Part shown: in pieces, positions 13,305 through 24,567 of the stretch | Position numbering within the stretch: position 1 is the first letter of the stretch | Layout of the letters: each line of letters opens with the position of its first letter | Assembly (NCBI GenBank): GCA_964187785.1 | Contig: OZ076409.1 | Span: 54,686,001-54,750,000, forward strand | Length of the DNA: 64,000 nucleotides | Reading direction: 5' to 3' | Source of the DNA: Amphiscolops sp. MND2022 | Lineage: Eukaryota | The notes under the pieces: model-generated | The model's input: only the letters and a program-made list of their open reading frames with translations | What the model was told of the DNA's origin: nothing | Databases searched by the model: none | Translations under genes and position numbers: made by a program

Positions 13305-15032
13305 TCAATTCAAAACGTTTGTTTCTTTCTCAAGGAGTAGAGTACTGTCATAAAACATTTTCACTTGGAATAGTTTCCCCTGTTGTACGTTCTGTAGTAC
13401 GGTGGAAACGTCTGTCCTATCTTGCAGCAGTTCCAATTGCACACTCGTTTCTTCCGAAGTTTGTTTGCTTAATGTGAATGTTAAGCTTCGATGCTCTTTC
13501 CTTGTTTTAGTCATTGCGTAGTCCAAGTTCTCCTCTGTTTGCACTACCAAGTGCTCACTCATGACCAAGTGAATCTCTTCTTCCAAAACTTGTTTTGTAT
13601 CCACGAGGAGGGTCTCTGAACGGAAGTCTTGCCAGCCATTGTCTACAACGAACTTTTCTGGCCAGTTCCACATCCATTCTGCGATTAGATTTCTCGAGGT
13701 TCCTTTGTTTGCATTGCCTTCAACATTTGTCATATTTGAGTCTTCATGTGCTTCACGTTTGATAGTTTTGTCTTGCAACTTTCCATGGTTTGGACACATG
13801 CCTGAACACTTCATCTGCTCAGGTTTCCATTTTTTCATTGTACACGTTCCTTTTGTTGTCCAGTCAAGAGCTTTGAGCAAAACCATTTCTTCTTCCTTGC
13901 CCAAAAGTTCGTCTTTTCTTTCCAGCGATTTATTGTGATCACTTGAACTTTGTTTGCTCGAAGTTTGCTTTGTTTGAGTTTGCTTCACAGTTCTCATCAT
14001 TGAACTACTTTCAACGCTTTTATGGTTCGAGCGCAAATGTGATCCAACAACGCTCTTTGAATCAATTCGCCCAAAACAGGGTTCCTTGTTGTTTCTCAGG
14101 TGTGACTCCTTGTCCGTCACATCATTCATGTTGTTCCCAGAGTGACGGCTTTGCCCACGCCGTTCAGTTCCTGCAAGAGGCTTCGTTGAGGTCGAGGATG
14201 CCTTGAAGGTCCGATAACATTCCTGCGGACCTTTGCATGGTTGCAATTGCTTTGTCACTTTCTGTGATTTTGTCGGTCTCAGCCGAGTTCCATTTCGCTC
14301 TAATTCTATTTCTTGGTTGGTAACTTGTTTAGTCCTCGCGCTTTCTTCTTCGAGCCTAGCAATTTCGAGTTTTTTTGTGAGGGTATCAATTTCATCTTGC
14401 TTCCTTCGCATTTCGGCTTTGCGTCGTCCGGCAGCTAGCTGTTCATCAATTTCATCTTGTTTCTTCATTGCTTCCAGTTCTAGGAGAATTATTCGTTTTG
14501 CATTTGATGACTTAGAACTAGCTGTTGTTCGGTTGCTCTTTGAGGTTGCTTTGACTGACCCGTTGTTGCTTTGTTCGTGTAACACTTTCACATCACTGAT
14601 TGATATAATCTTATCACAGGGGTTGGCTATTCCAACAATCCGTCGTTCTTCATCAGCTACCCTGTTTGACTGTGCCGGTGATTGATTTTCACTAGTTGCT
14701 TCTACTGAGCAATTTCGTTTCGTTGGATTGAAGCTACTTTGCTTGAGCTTCCTTGTGTAAGGGCATCTCATTGCCACGTTTGTAGAGATTCCACTTGCCA
14801 TTTGCTGAAATTTCGTTTTGTTTGTCTCGCCTTTTGGACCCTTCAACATTGTCTTTACATCAGGGAACCAATACTCCCAGTTAGCTTCTAATTGTGCAAA
14901 GAATTCTTCCCATTCAGTCACACTTCGACTGAGCTGTCTTTGCCTTTCTTCATTTGTGAGGTCCAACATAAGATCTACGTTATGCAACATTGCTTGTTTG
15001 TTTTCGCTATATTCGAATACCCAATCATTCAA
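13305..15032 (-). CDS. 575-aa gag-like ORF of the BEL/Pao-type element (coiled-coil)
   Basis: Ser-rich stretch followed by a charged coiled coil (LELEAMKKQDEIDEQLAAGRRKAEMRRKQDEI...LEIARLEEE), as in BEL/Pao gag N-termini; degenerate knuckle CSGMCPNH. Overlaps the upstream ORF 15029-15283. Confidence 0.65.
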   Translation of the reverse strand: MNDWVFEYSENKQAMLHNVDLMLDLTNEERQRQLSRSVTEWEEFFAQLEANWEYWFPDVKTMLKGPKGETNKTKFQQMASGISTNVAMRCPYTRKLKQSSFNPTKRNCSVEATSENQSPAQSNRVADEERRIVGIANPCDKIISISDVKVLHEQSNNGSVKATSKSNRTTASSKSSNAKRIILLELEAMKKQDEIDEQLAAGRRKAEMRRKQDEIDTLTKKLEIARLEEESARTKQVTNQEIELERNGTRLRPTKSQKVTKQLQPCKGPQECYRTFKASSTSTKPLAGTERRGQSRHSGNNMNDVTDKESHLRNNKEPCFGRIDSKSVVGSHLRSNHKSVESSSMMRTVKQTQTKQTSSKQSSSDHNKSLERKDELLGKEEEMVLLKALDWTTKGTCTMKKWKPEQMKCSGMCPNHGKLQDKTIKREAHEDSNMTNVEGNANKGTSRNLIAEWMWNWPEKFVVDNGWQDFRSETLLVDTKQVLEEEIHLVMSEHLVVQTEENLDYAMTKTRKEHRSLTFTLSKQTSEETSVQLELLQDRTDVSTVLQNVQQGKLFQVKMFYDSTLLLEKETNVLN

Positions 15033-16160
15033 TTTACCTTTGCAAAGAAAGAGCTTTGCTCGTCAAGCTTGTCATCCAAGTATTTAATCAGAGTCCGTAG
15101 TCTTCCAACTTGGGTGGCCACAGCGTCCACATAAAAGCGCCACACGTACCAGTCGGAATCATTTTCCAAATTTCTTGATCTGAGGTCCATCAATTCTTGG
15201 CTCTGATTTGTGTTTCTTTGATCAAATACATTTGTCATTCGAGGATGTTGCGCCTCGAGCAATTCTTTTTTTCTGGCTTTCATTTGTTCAGATTGCAGTT
15301 TTGTTTAACTGAGGGCTTTCTGACTACACACTAGTTTCTTGGCGTCTTTGTCACTATTTCTCAAACTCAGCAATTGGATAGATCTGAAGTGTCAACTGCT
15401 CAACCCAATAATCAATCGCCAATTCTTGAAGAATCAACCCAAAATGTCGATTATGCATGCCTTCTTTGACGGATTTGATTGTTTCGGTGGACCTCGTCCC
15501 AATGACTCGATCCTTTTGCTTTATTTGGTGGATATACTTGCAGCGACGTCTTAGTTCGAACCTTTTTTTCAATTAGGAACACGTTTCTCAAAGATACAGT
15601 TCGTCCCAAACTGGATTTGAAGCACACTTGCCTCCAGAGTGCTGCTAAAGCCCAACTCTCAGAGTACACATCCAATCCAGTTCCAAATCGCCCAATAGTC
15701 CAATACCAAAGCCCCAGTGTACACTTTCCCAGAGTTCCAATCACCAACTGTAGACCCAGTCTCCAAAGTTCTCGTTCGTCGTGAATAGTTGTTTCAGCTA
15801 CTTGTCGCGATTCCGTTTGAGTGCGAGGACTCTTGCAATACTTTTCGATTGCTGTTTGAACAGGATCACCATCTGCCGTTTCTACGTTTGGAAGAACCCT
15901 ACAATTAGGCTTGTCCTTCCAGCTCTCTGGGTTGCCAATGAAACCAGCACGGAAGCTCTTTCAAACTTCGTGTCACTTGAACAGATAGATGTTGTGCCAC
16001 ACGTATGATGACTCTAACTGCTCACGTGTCTTCCAACGAAATTTGTTATACACACGTGATGAAGACGACGTTCCTCTTGCTGTGTCCACCCAGATTGATG
16101 TCCACTCCAACTGTTGATGTCCGCCCAATGTGTTGATGTTCGCCCCAAAATTGTTGATGT

Positions 16161-16176
16161 CCGGGTCAGCGGACCA
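16161..16176 (-). promoter_or_regulatory. Primer-binding site, probably tRNA-Tyr type
   Basis: Minus strand reads TGGTCCGCTGACCCGG 2 nt inside the LTR. It is complementary to a tRNA 3' end ...CCGGGTCAGCGGACCA (C1-G72 pair and A73, as in eukaryotic tRNA-Tyr). Confidence 0.75.
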
Positions 16177-16178
16177 AA

Positions 16179-17028
16179 TGTAACGGCTGCTTGATCCCTT
16201 CAGTTGACCAAATTTTACGCCGCCCTGAATTCGGTGCTCGGCACTGCGGATCGTTACCGAACACTGCTTGATTCTTAGATTAAAAGGACTGTATCTTGAC
16301 TTAGTAGGATCCAGTGATCCCGAATTGCACTTCTTCCTTGTCTCTTAACACGTCCAACTCTCCACAAGTTGAGAGTAACTAACTTAGTCGCCCTAAGTCT
16401 TTGGCGAAAAGTCGAAAAGAGGTGAAGAAATGAATTGAGAATATATGTGGTCCTGAGACCCGACTTTAATACAACTTTCCGATCAATTTGTTACTATCTA
16501 ACAATGGTATACATATCGTTCACAATTCTACGGTAAATATAAGTCAAAATATGAAGTATAAATAAATGACATTTAAGTGAATTATTAAAGTTATTGGCTA
16601 TGTAAACGAACCATAGTGTGGGTATAGCATGTTGGTTAGGTGGGCTTGAAAGCATGTTTACACAATGTAAATATCATCAATTTCAACAGAGTTACATTCT
16701 AATGTGGTCATATAGGTAAATAGCAACGTTTACAATATTGGCATAATGACCTTGAATATCACACATGTGAGGGGTAAAGGGGGTTATAATGAGGGAATGA
16801 CCTTGAATCTTGGCCGGTGTGTGCGTGTTAGGTACCTGCATATGTGTACCAAGTTTCAAGGCTCAATGACTAACAGTCTTCGAGAAAACTCATTTGGGGG
16901 GGTTTAAAGATTTGTGATGATTGGATTTTCTTCAAATTTTCTTCTAAGTTTTAAGAGTTTAAGTTCTTGTATCTCAACCAACATGTATTGAATCGAGTTT
17001 CTCTGCCTTCTGATGACTGGCGCCAACA
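16179..17028 (-). repeat. 5' LTR (850 bp) of the BEL/Pao-type element
   Basis: Direct repeat of 10938-11799, adjacent to the PBS. Confidence 0.97.
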
Positions 17029-17645
17029 CCCTAATTCTAGGGAAAATAGATCAAGTAATAGTGCTCATTATTGCCATATTTCAGCTGGTACAGACTCTAG
17101 TGCTGAGTTTAGCAGATTATGAGGCGAGCTCAATTTAAGGATCTCGAGCGAAATAGATGAAGTGATGAACAGTGTCACTGTTCAAATCCAAAGGGCTCTT
17201 AATGATGCAATAAGCAATCAAGTTTTGCCCCAAAATAAAAAGGTCCTCAGGGTCGGTTCAGGACAGATGACACAGAAAGGATAGAACGTCTCGACCGAGA
17301 GACCGGAATGGAACACCGAAGGTAATCCTATTCAGAAAATCAGGAAAAGTTCAAGGAGTGAGCCTTTCTGTAATCAAAATCTGTGACATTTTCAAAAACG
17401 CAATCAGCAGTTTATGGATCAAAAAGCCTTCATATGCTCAAAAAGGCAATAATTTTGCTTTTCGATACTTTTCGTTTACAAGTATCGTCCAGCTTCTAGC
17501 TATTTTGATAAATATTACAGGCAGTTTTACGACAAAATAGAGAAGAGAACAGAAAGCCCAATTTGAGCTCTAAAGTAACAAAGTTGTTGAAATGCGCGCA
17601 ATACTTTTTTTGAAATGAAAACCCCCATAAAAGTGTTGAGACACC

Positions 17646-18400
17646 TGTAACAGCCCGCTCCCGCCTGGTGTACCTACTGTCAGCACGGGCTACACCGAAA
17701 AATGTCAGGACGTGGTCGAGGCCGACGAAAAGACTACTAAGGTAGTATACGTTTTACTTACAACACAGCCAAATACGCCACAGTGATACAATTTTAACAT
17801 AACAATAGCTAACAAAAGGTTAACAAAAAATAGTACCTTTGGATCTAAGAAAAGCTACTAATGATCTTTCGAAACAATTTACTGATTTCATATCACTACA
17901 CTACTTGTTCTGATTCTTGAATATTTTCTAAAGCAAACTAAACGATGAAGCAAACTTAAATAGAAAAAGAGAATTTTATCCAATCGTTTCTACTACCTGA
18001 AAAGTCTTGTTCTGGAACGGTTAGTATATTTACTAGAATTACAAGTTTGTAATCTAAGCAAAGATTTTCAATGCAGTGGATGCGTTCTACTGCAAAACTA
18101 TTACTCAGATTTGCTAGCTCTGTGAACTAATAGCGTCGTAACCGGGACGGCACATTTGCGCTCAAGCCAGTAAGAGTAATTTCTGAGATGTCATCAGTGA
18201 GCTAATTGGAATGATTTCTGAGCTCGCCGTAATCCCTTTGTCAATAGTTGGTCAGCTTGCTAATCCTAATACACACGTTCACACTACGCTGCATTTGAAG
18301 ATTGTCTCTATTAAGGTGATGATTTAATCACTAATTGAAACGATGTTTTTACAGGAAATGGTGAGGTTCATAAGGATCGTCAAAAGTATCATATATAACC
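17646..18400 (+). mobile_element. Probable 5' end of another Gypsy-type LTR (right boundary unresolved)
   Basis: TGTAACAGCCCGCTCCCG at 17646 matches the LTR terminus at 63959 read on the minus strand (TGTCACAGCCCGCTCCCG). Confidence 0.45.
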
Positions 18401-19759
18401 TCAAAAGGCTGTTTTTCAAAGCGAAATGTGAAACCACTCTAAGGAATTAAAATTATTCAAAGTGCTATGTTCTTTTCTAAATAAATTTACAGTACAATTT
18501 GGAAGAACACGTTATCAATACATCGCTTCATTGCTTTTCCTGTTTTCTACACTGACATTCTAGGTTCAGTACGCAGTATCTCCAATTTTGTACCAAACAT
18601 GAAAAGTGTGACGTGAGGTCAACGTTAACATCTGTAAGGGAAGCTGTTAAAAGTGGAAGTTTCTCCTTCCGACCAGATATACGGCCAATATTTCTCACGA
18701 TTCAAATAAATTACATTTTTGTATTCCAATTATTGAAGCAATATTTATTCATACCTTGGTGATATTTTCATAACCATTTCAAGTGAAGATGAGTGAAATT
18801 TGCCGACTGGAAGGGCTCCGTTGTAATGATGTTTGAACAAATATAGCCAGAAAATGCAATGTTCAATGATTGTGACAAGTATTTAAATGTGTTAAAGTTC
18901 TGTTGATCCAAATGTCAATGTCATTACGATACATGAGCCGCATTGAACTAGCAAGCTCTTGCTAGTTGGAAAAATAGCCAATCACAACGTGTTACCATTT
19001 TTTAAATAGTCATCACGTTTTGACACTCATTACACTATTTGATTAATCGTTTCACTAATTGATTTAACGTCATGGTTTGTCTCGCTTACACAATATTCAT
19101 TTACCCACTTTGAATAATTTCCACTTTGCACATCTATAGGAAGTTGGAATAAAATTCACTTTAGTCTGGTACACATTTTGACCAAAATACACTAATTGAT
19201 GGGTTTACACAGTGTAAAATAATCAAAGTGTCTTATTCGGGTTAACATACTTGACATCATTGTAATACCTGTTAACCTAATACTACGTTGATTAGGTTAA
19301 TTAGGTTAACCCGCAAAGCAAACAAGTTTGATTGCTTTTCACATTGATTGTCTTAATTTATTCGGATGTGTGAAGATTCTTGAGGGTTGTGACTAATTCC
19401 GTTTCGACTATTTCCGAAATAATGAAATAGTAACGGAAATAAAGAAATAATGACATTTTTACACGGAAATTAGCTGTAATTAAATGTAGATTATATTTGT
19501 TTTTATCTCTATTTGTCGGACAGTTACTCTTCACAGTTTCACAAACAGTTGCATTGATGATATTTTTGACCATTAAAGGCGTTGAAAGTTCGTAAAACGC
19601 ATAGTTGATATATACTATATAAAGTACAGTTTTTAATCTTCAATTTGTAAATTATAATTGTTGTTATCACGAAAAAATTGTTTATTTAATTCTTTTTTAC
19701 ATCTTTATTGTTTTTGCTCTAGACAATGCTAAGACATAATTTTTGATATCTTTTTGTAG

Positions 19760-19895
19760 GAATGTTGCTCTTTACAGTTCAACGGAAAGTGTCAATGATG
19801 ATGTTTTTGATCTTTTAAAATGTTGCTCTCGACAGTTCGCAACACGTATAGTTGAAATTTTGATAAATAGAACAGTTGCTCTTGACAGTTCGTGA
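19760..19895. repeat. Three degenerate ~58-bp tandem units
   Basis: Core gttgctct-N-(t/g)acagttc at ~19763, ~19822 and ~19874. Confidence 0.6.
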
Positions 19896-20182
19896 AGTGT
19901 ACATGAATGCGACTCGATCCCTCGCAAAAATCAGTTTTCAAAATTTTACTGTTTCTCGGGAATTAATTTTGATTAGAATTATCCAAAAAAATGTCTGATT
20001 TTTCTCTATCTCATGATAGATTTCGTTCGTGGTAATCAGAAAGAAAACAATGTGGGAGTGTAAAGATATAAAGTTAACGGGGAAGCTGGATTACGTTTAA
20101 AAAGAGAAGTCAAAAAGATGTCGTTTTTTACGACTAAGAACAGTGACAAAATCGATGCAAATGCTGTTTAAAAACTGTTCGA

Positions 20183-20382
20183 NNNNNNNNNNNNNNNNNN
20201 NNNNNNNNNNNNNNNNNNNNNNNNNNNNNNNNNNNNNNNNNNNNNNNNNNNNNNNNNNNNNNNNNNNNNNNNNNNNNNNNNNNNNNNNNNNNNNNNNNNN
20301 NNNNNNNNNNNNNNNNNNNNNNNNNNNNNNNNNNNNNNNNNNNNNNNNNNNNNNNNNNNNNNNNNNNNNNNNNNNNNNNNNN
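20183..20382. other. Assembly gap (200 N)
   Basis: Run of N. Confidence 1.
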
Positions 20383-23374
20383 TCCTGAGCAATAGGAATT
20401 ACTTCTTTTTGCCGACTATTATATTGCGATACAATATTTAACAACTTTGATGACCTAGTATGTTGAAGGAAAACGTTCCAGACATAGTTTATCAAAACAA
20501 ATGATGAGAAAAAGAGGAAAAGTTAGGTTCTTTCCATGCATAATCTTCAAAACTTGAACATATACTGGACAGATAGTTTATGAAAATTGTTCACTTCGCC
20601 TCCTGTCACGCGTGGCTGTCCTGTTCCTCGCCTAGGTGTGCGCATAGAATGCCACATAACGGTTGGCAGCTGTGGATCAATGTGACAATTCGGAGGATGT
20701 CGCTCGGGGGTTTCACCTGAATAAAGTCAAATGGAATGTTTTATGAATCTGCCTTACACTGCTTGACTTAAATACGCAAAAAAAGATAATACACGTTACA
20801 CTCCCTGTATAGAATACGGTTCGAAATTATTTTTTTTATCATTAAAATCTTTTTTTTTGTATTTTGGCTTCTTGATTTTCAAAATTTGTCACAAAAAACG
20901 AAAAAAACAGGACACAAATGCCAACACGAATTGAAAACTCATTGGGAGTTTTTGCGAATGAATCGATTATATATTTGGCGGAGTATATATCTCAATCGTC
21001 GAAGTAATGATTCGCATCTGGGACCACGCTGGCAACAGATGGCTTAAAAGTGAGGCCAAATAGCGATTTCTGTCAATGGGTTTGAATGCTGAAAAACAAT
21101 ACGGTGTGTTGATGCATGATACTCAGTGCGTGTTGATAGCACGTCATTTAAACTTTGTGTCACTAAGTGTCAGTCACAAAAAGGTAAGTGTATCGCAAAC
21201 TTATTAACCCCTCACTCAAACTAAGTTTCAATAAACTGATTCTGACTTACTAGTTTCTCGCGGAATATTGGCGGTTTACACCTTGGAATATTTCGGGCCG
21301 AGAATTGACTTCATCGTCTCCGAGAAAGTGGGTTGGACTAGACATATCAAACCAACGGTGTCAAAGAGGGTGTCGCGATCCGGAATATCGTCTACGTTTT
21401 GGTGCGCTTTCGCTGTGAGGGTCGCCAAATTCTCATCGTCAATTGCGCTTTGAGGAATCACCTCGCCTGCTTCATTTTTCTTTGTCCATGGTTTCGGTTT
21501 GAAAGCCACAAAAAAAGTTCGCCGATATACCCCAAACAAGGCACACGGGGATCATTGGAAAAGGTTCGCCCGGTACAAATCATCTCATCAAGCTTAGCCC
21601 TCGTGAACGCAGGATAGAACTAAAGTAAATGTAAACCAATATATTATTTTAGAAGTTCAAAAGTACCTTATGTTCTCCACAGTTCGTAAGTTTTGGCTCA
21701 ACGTACAACGTGAAAGTCCTAACAACTTAAAATATGTAAAATAACGCGCAAGCGCATACTTGTTTCTAAGTAGATAGAAAACGGTAAAATGAACGCAGGT
21801 ATGTCATTATTCGGCAAGTATTTTTGAGTCATTTTCCGAGTAATCCGTCCAATTACAGTTTTGCGAGTAAAAAGCCTGTAGTTCTGAGAAAGAGCCTGAA
21901 CATCCAAACAATAAGCCACATTTCTGTGAAGATGCGTTCTTATATTGCCAGTTTCAGAAAACCGTATAGCAGTGAGTAAAATTGAGCGATAACATACGGA
22001 TATATGGTTTCATAAAAAAATAATGGAAACATTGGTGAATTTCCGAAACAATTTCTAAAACCTTTGACCATGTGTTCAATCCAACTCGCAGGTACACCTT
22101 ATTGCGACTAACCCTCCGTAACGTGGAAGCACAATTTGTTCTTGGATGAAAATATTTCACTGATAAGACAATTGTATATGAGTACAAATGCCTGTCTCTA
22201 AAACTGTTTTGACATTCTGGCACAAAAACTTCTTTCGTTTCCTTATTAGTCTGTCCAAAAGATCAGAACTTCCTATCACTTCATATCACTTTAAAATTGT
22301 ATAAAGCGGCTCGCCGGCGATTTATCAGAAATAAAACCTTTTGTGCAATTTCAACTGACTGTCGATGTAATGGATAGGAATGTTTCGACATCAATAATTT
22401 TATGGGACCAATATTACGATGTCGACCTAAAAGTAATTGAACCTAGTGACTTTTTCCCCCAGGGGCCGCTTGGGGGAGGTGGCGAAATGAACACGTGGTC
22501 CAATTATTCTCTGAACTCCATATGAGAATAAAACATTTTTATTTTCGTTAAGAAAACTAAAAAATATATGACCACTCTTTCCATATTTTTTTGGATCTTT
22601 TCTCCTAATTAAAGATTCCCCCCAACACACACAAAATAAGCGTGGTAATCTTAATTCCCCACAACTATCAGCGAGAGTTTCAGTTGCGCAGTTAGAGATA
22701 CAAATTACTGCAATTTGACTGGTTTTTACTATTATTTCAATAATAACTTCTCTCGACCTGACCGCTCAACTGGGGGAGATTAAAAAGTGGAGAGGGGGGG
22801 GGGGGGCGTTGATTAACAGAAAAAAGCATTGTTTTTTTTGGGAGTGCCTACTCGAATGTCATTGATTAAAACTGTATGAGTATTTTTTTTCACACCGGTA
22901 TTCTTTGCATCTTTTATCTACGCCTGTTTGATTCAAATCGGCTTCTCAGAACAATACTGCGTTAGTTAGTCATAACAACAACCAATGGCAACTTTCGTGC
23001 ACGGAAATTTGCTTTAAAAGTTCGATTATAGCCTGCTGGGCCAAATGGGAGCGGTTTTCCCGAACCTCAGCCTCCTCCTGAAGAAAGCGCAATTTGCTTC
23101 GAGTATAACGTTAAAATTCGCATATAGCGCTCTAATTTCGATTCCCTGTTTCCTGCTTAGTAAATTTGGCAAAATGCAGCGTACTTCGGTTTCAACATCA
23201 AAGTTTCTGATATAGCGTGCTCAGACGATATGGAGCGCTTTTTTCGAATTAAAATTTACGCCTCATCACTAAAATGCAAATTAATTCCGATATAACGTCA
23301 AAAGTTCGGATACAGCGTGCTATGTGATATGACGTCAAAATTTCGGATAGCAATAAAAAATTTTTGGTGGATAT

Positions 23375-23470
23375 ACGCTGAGAAAGCCTAATAAAAAATT
23401 GGGAGTTTAGAACTGTCTCGTAACGCTGAGAAAGCCTAATAAAAAATTGGGAGTTTAGAACTGTCTCGTA
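23375..23470. repeat. Perfect 48-bp tandem duplication within an interspersed repeat
   Basis: acgctgagaaagcctaataaaaaattgggagtttagaactgtctcgta x2. The flanks (23000-23830) resemble repeats at 45450-45900 and 47830-48110. Confidence 0.9.
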
Positions 23471-24567
23471 GTGTCGAAAAATGTCACAGAGGGATTCCTT
23501 TGGGATCTTTTACCACCCATTATGTTGCGAAAAACATCAGAAATGTGAAGAATGACCCATTGGGGTCATTAAATTATTTCGAAAACAAGTCTCACAGTGT
23601 CAAAAACAATTGAAAGGTAAGAATTTTTAGTCTTGTCCGGTTTTGTATGTTGCGTTAAAAAAGGGGACCCTTTGGACTAACGTGATGCGTTTCCCAGGTA
23701 TTCGTTCAGTTGAACAACCTGAACAAAAATTTCGTGGAATTCGAGTCTCTCTTTAAGAAAAACAAAAAGCAAAAAAAACTAATGATTGTAAAAATTGGGC
23801 TCTTTTGTAATGTAAGTTGCATACACTTTACGGTAAAAACGTAATTTGGAAATGTCTCGAAATGACCCAAAAATGCAACTCTTCGAATTTTTTTGACAGT
23901 TTTTGTACATTTTTCAATATCCAGCCAATTGAAATACAAATACAACTTCTACCCATTACGTTTTCCGAGGATAGTGAATGAAAAAAACTCTTAGAAACGC
24001 CCGAAAAGCCAACTTGTCTCCTACTTCAACCGTGTTTATCAAATTGCGTACTTCTGTTGAACATTCTGATGAGTGTAATTAGTCAAAGCAATTGATGACA
24101 CAATGATTGTTTCCTTAGCATTTTCTCAAAGTGTGACAATATGTTCTTGAATTTACCCAACATCCGCAACTAAGAGCCAAAACATGTTCTTTATCGACTG
24201 CTTTATATTTTGTAGTAATCTTCGCACGTTCTTAGAGTATGAAAATCCATAGAAGTCAATGGCAAAAGGTTCGGGTTTTGAACATACTTTAATGAAAGAA
24301 CAAATGTTTCAATAGGTTTAAAAGTTTTCACGCTCGAAAATCAAGAAAATGACGCTGCTAGTTTTTCTCGGGACGAAAAATAACCCTCTGCTCAGTGGGC
24401 GATTGGTTTCTGATCGCTTCCAAATGCAAAAGACTTTTCCACTCAAATCAGACGCCTGCTGAGCAACGAGCCGTAGACTTTTAAGGCTCGACTGTGAATA
24501 TTCATCTACAAACGTGCAGAAAAAGTTTACAAAAGTTGAGAAACTGATCTAAAATAATGGTACTTAG

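Larger units (their letters stand above)
10938..17028 (-). mobile_element. Structurally complete non-autonomous BEL/Pao-type LTR retrotransposon
   Basis: Direct LTRs 10938-11799 and 16179-17028 (TG...CA); perfect 5-bp TSD CCCTA (10933-10937 and 17029-17033); minus-strand PBS TGGTCCGCTGACCCGG; internal minus-strand gag-like ORFs; no RT or integrase motifs seen. Confidence 0.93.
5674..17388 (+). mobile_element. Putative giant (~5.6 kb net) 3' LTR of the Gypsy element, interrupted by the BEL/Pao insertion at 10938-17028
   Basis: Starts TG right after the PPT and ends ...TGTGACA at 17388, just after a gag-leader-like ORF (10689-10937 + 17034-17388) that is split by the insertion. The partner 5' LTR is outside the window, so the boundaries are inferred. 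Confidence 0.45.

Noticed and set aside
13639..15134. Plus-strand ORFs (99, 87, 150, 89, 80 aa)
   Set aside because: Antisense shadows of the 575-aa minus-strand ORF.
20097..20495. ORFs spanning the N run
   Set aside because: Artefacts of translating the assembly gap.
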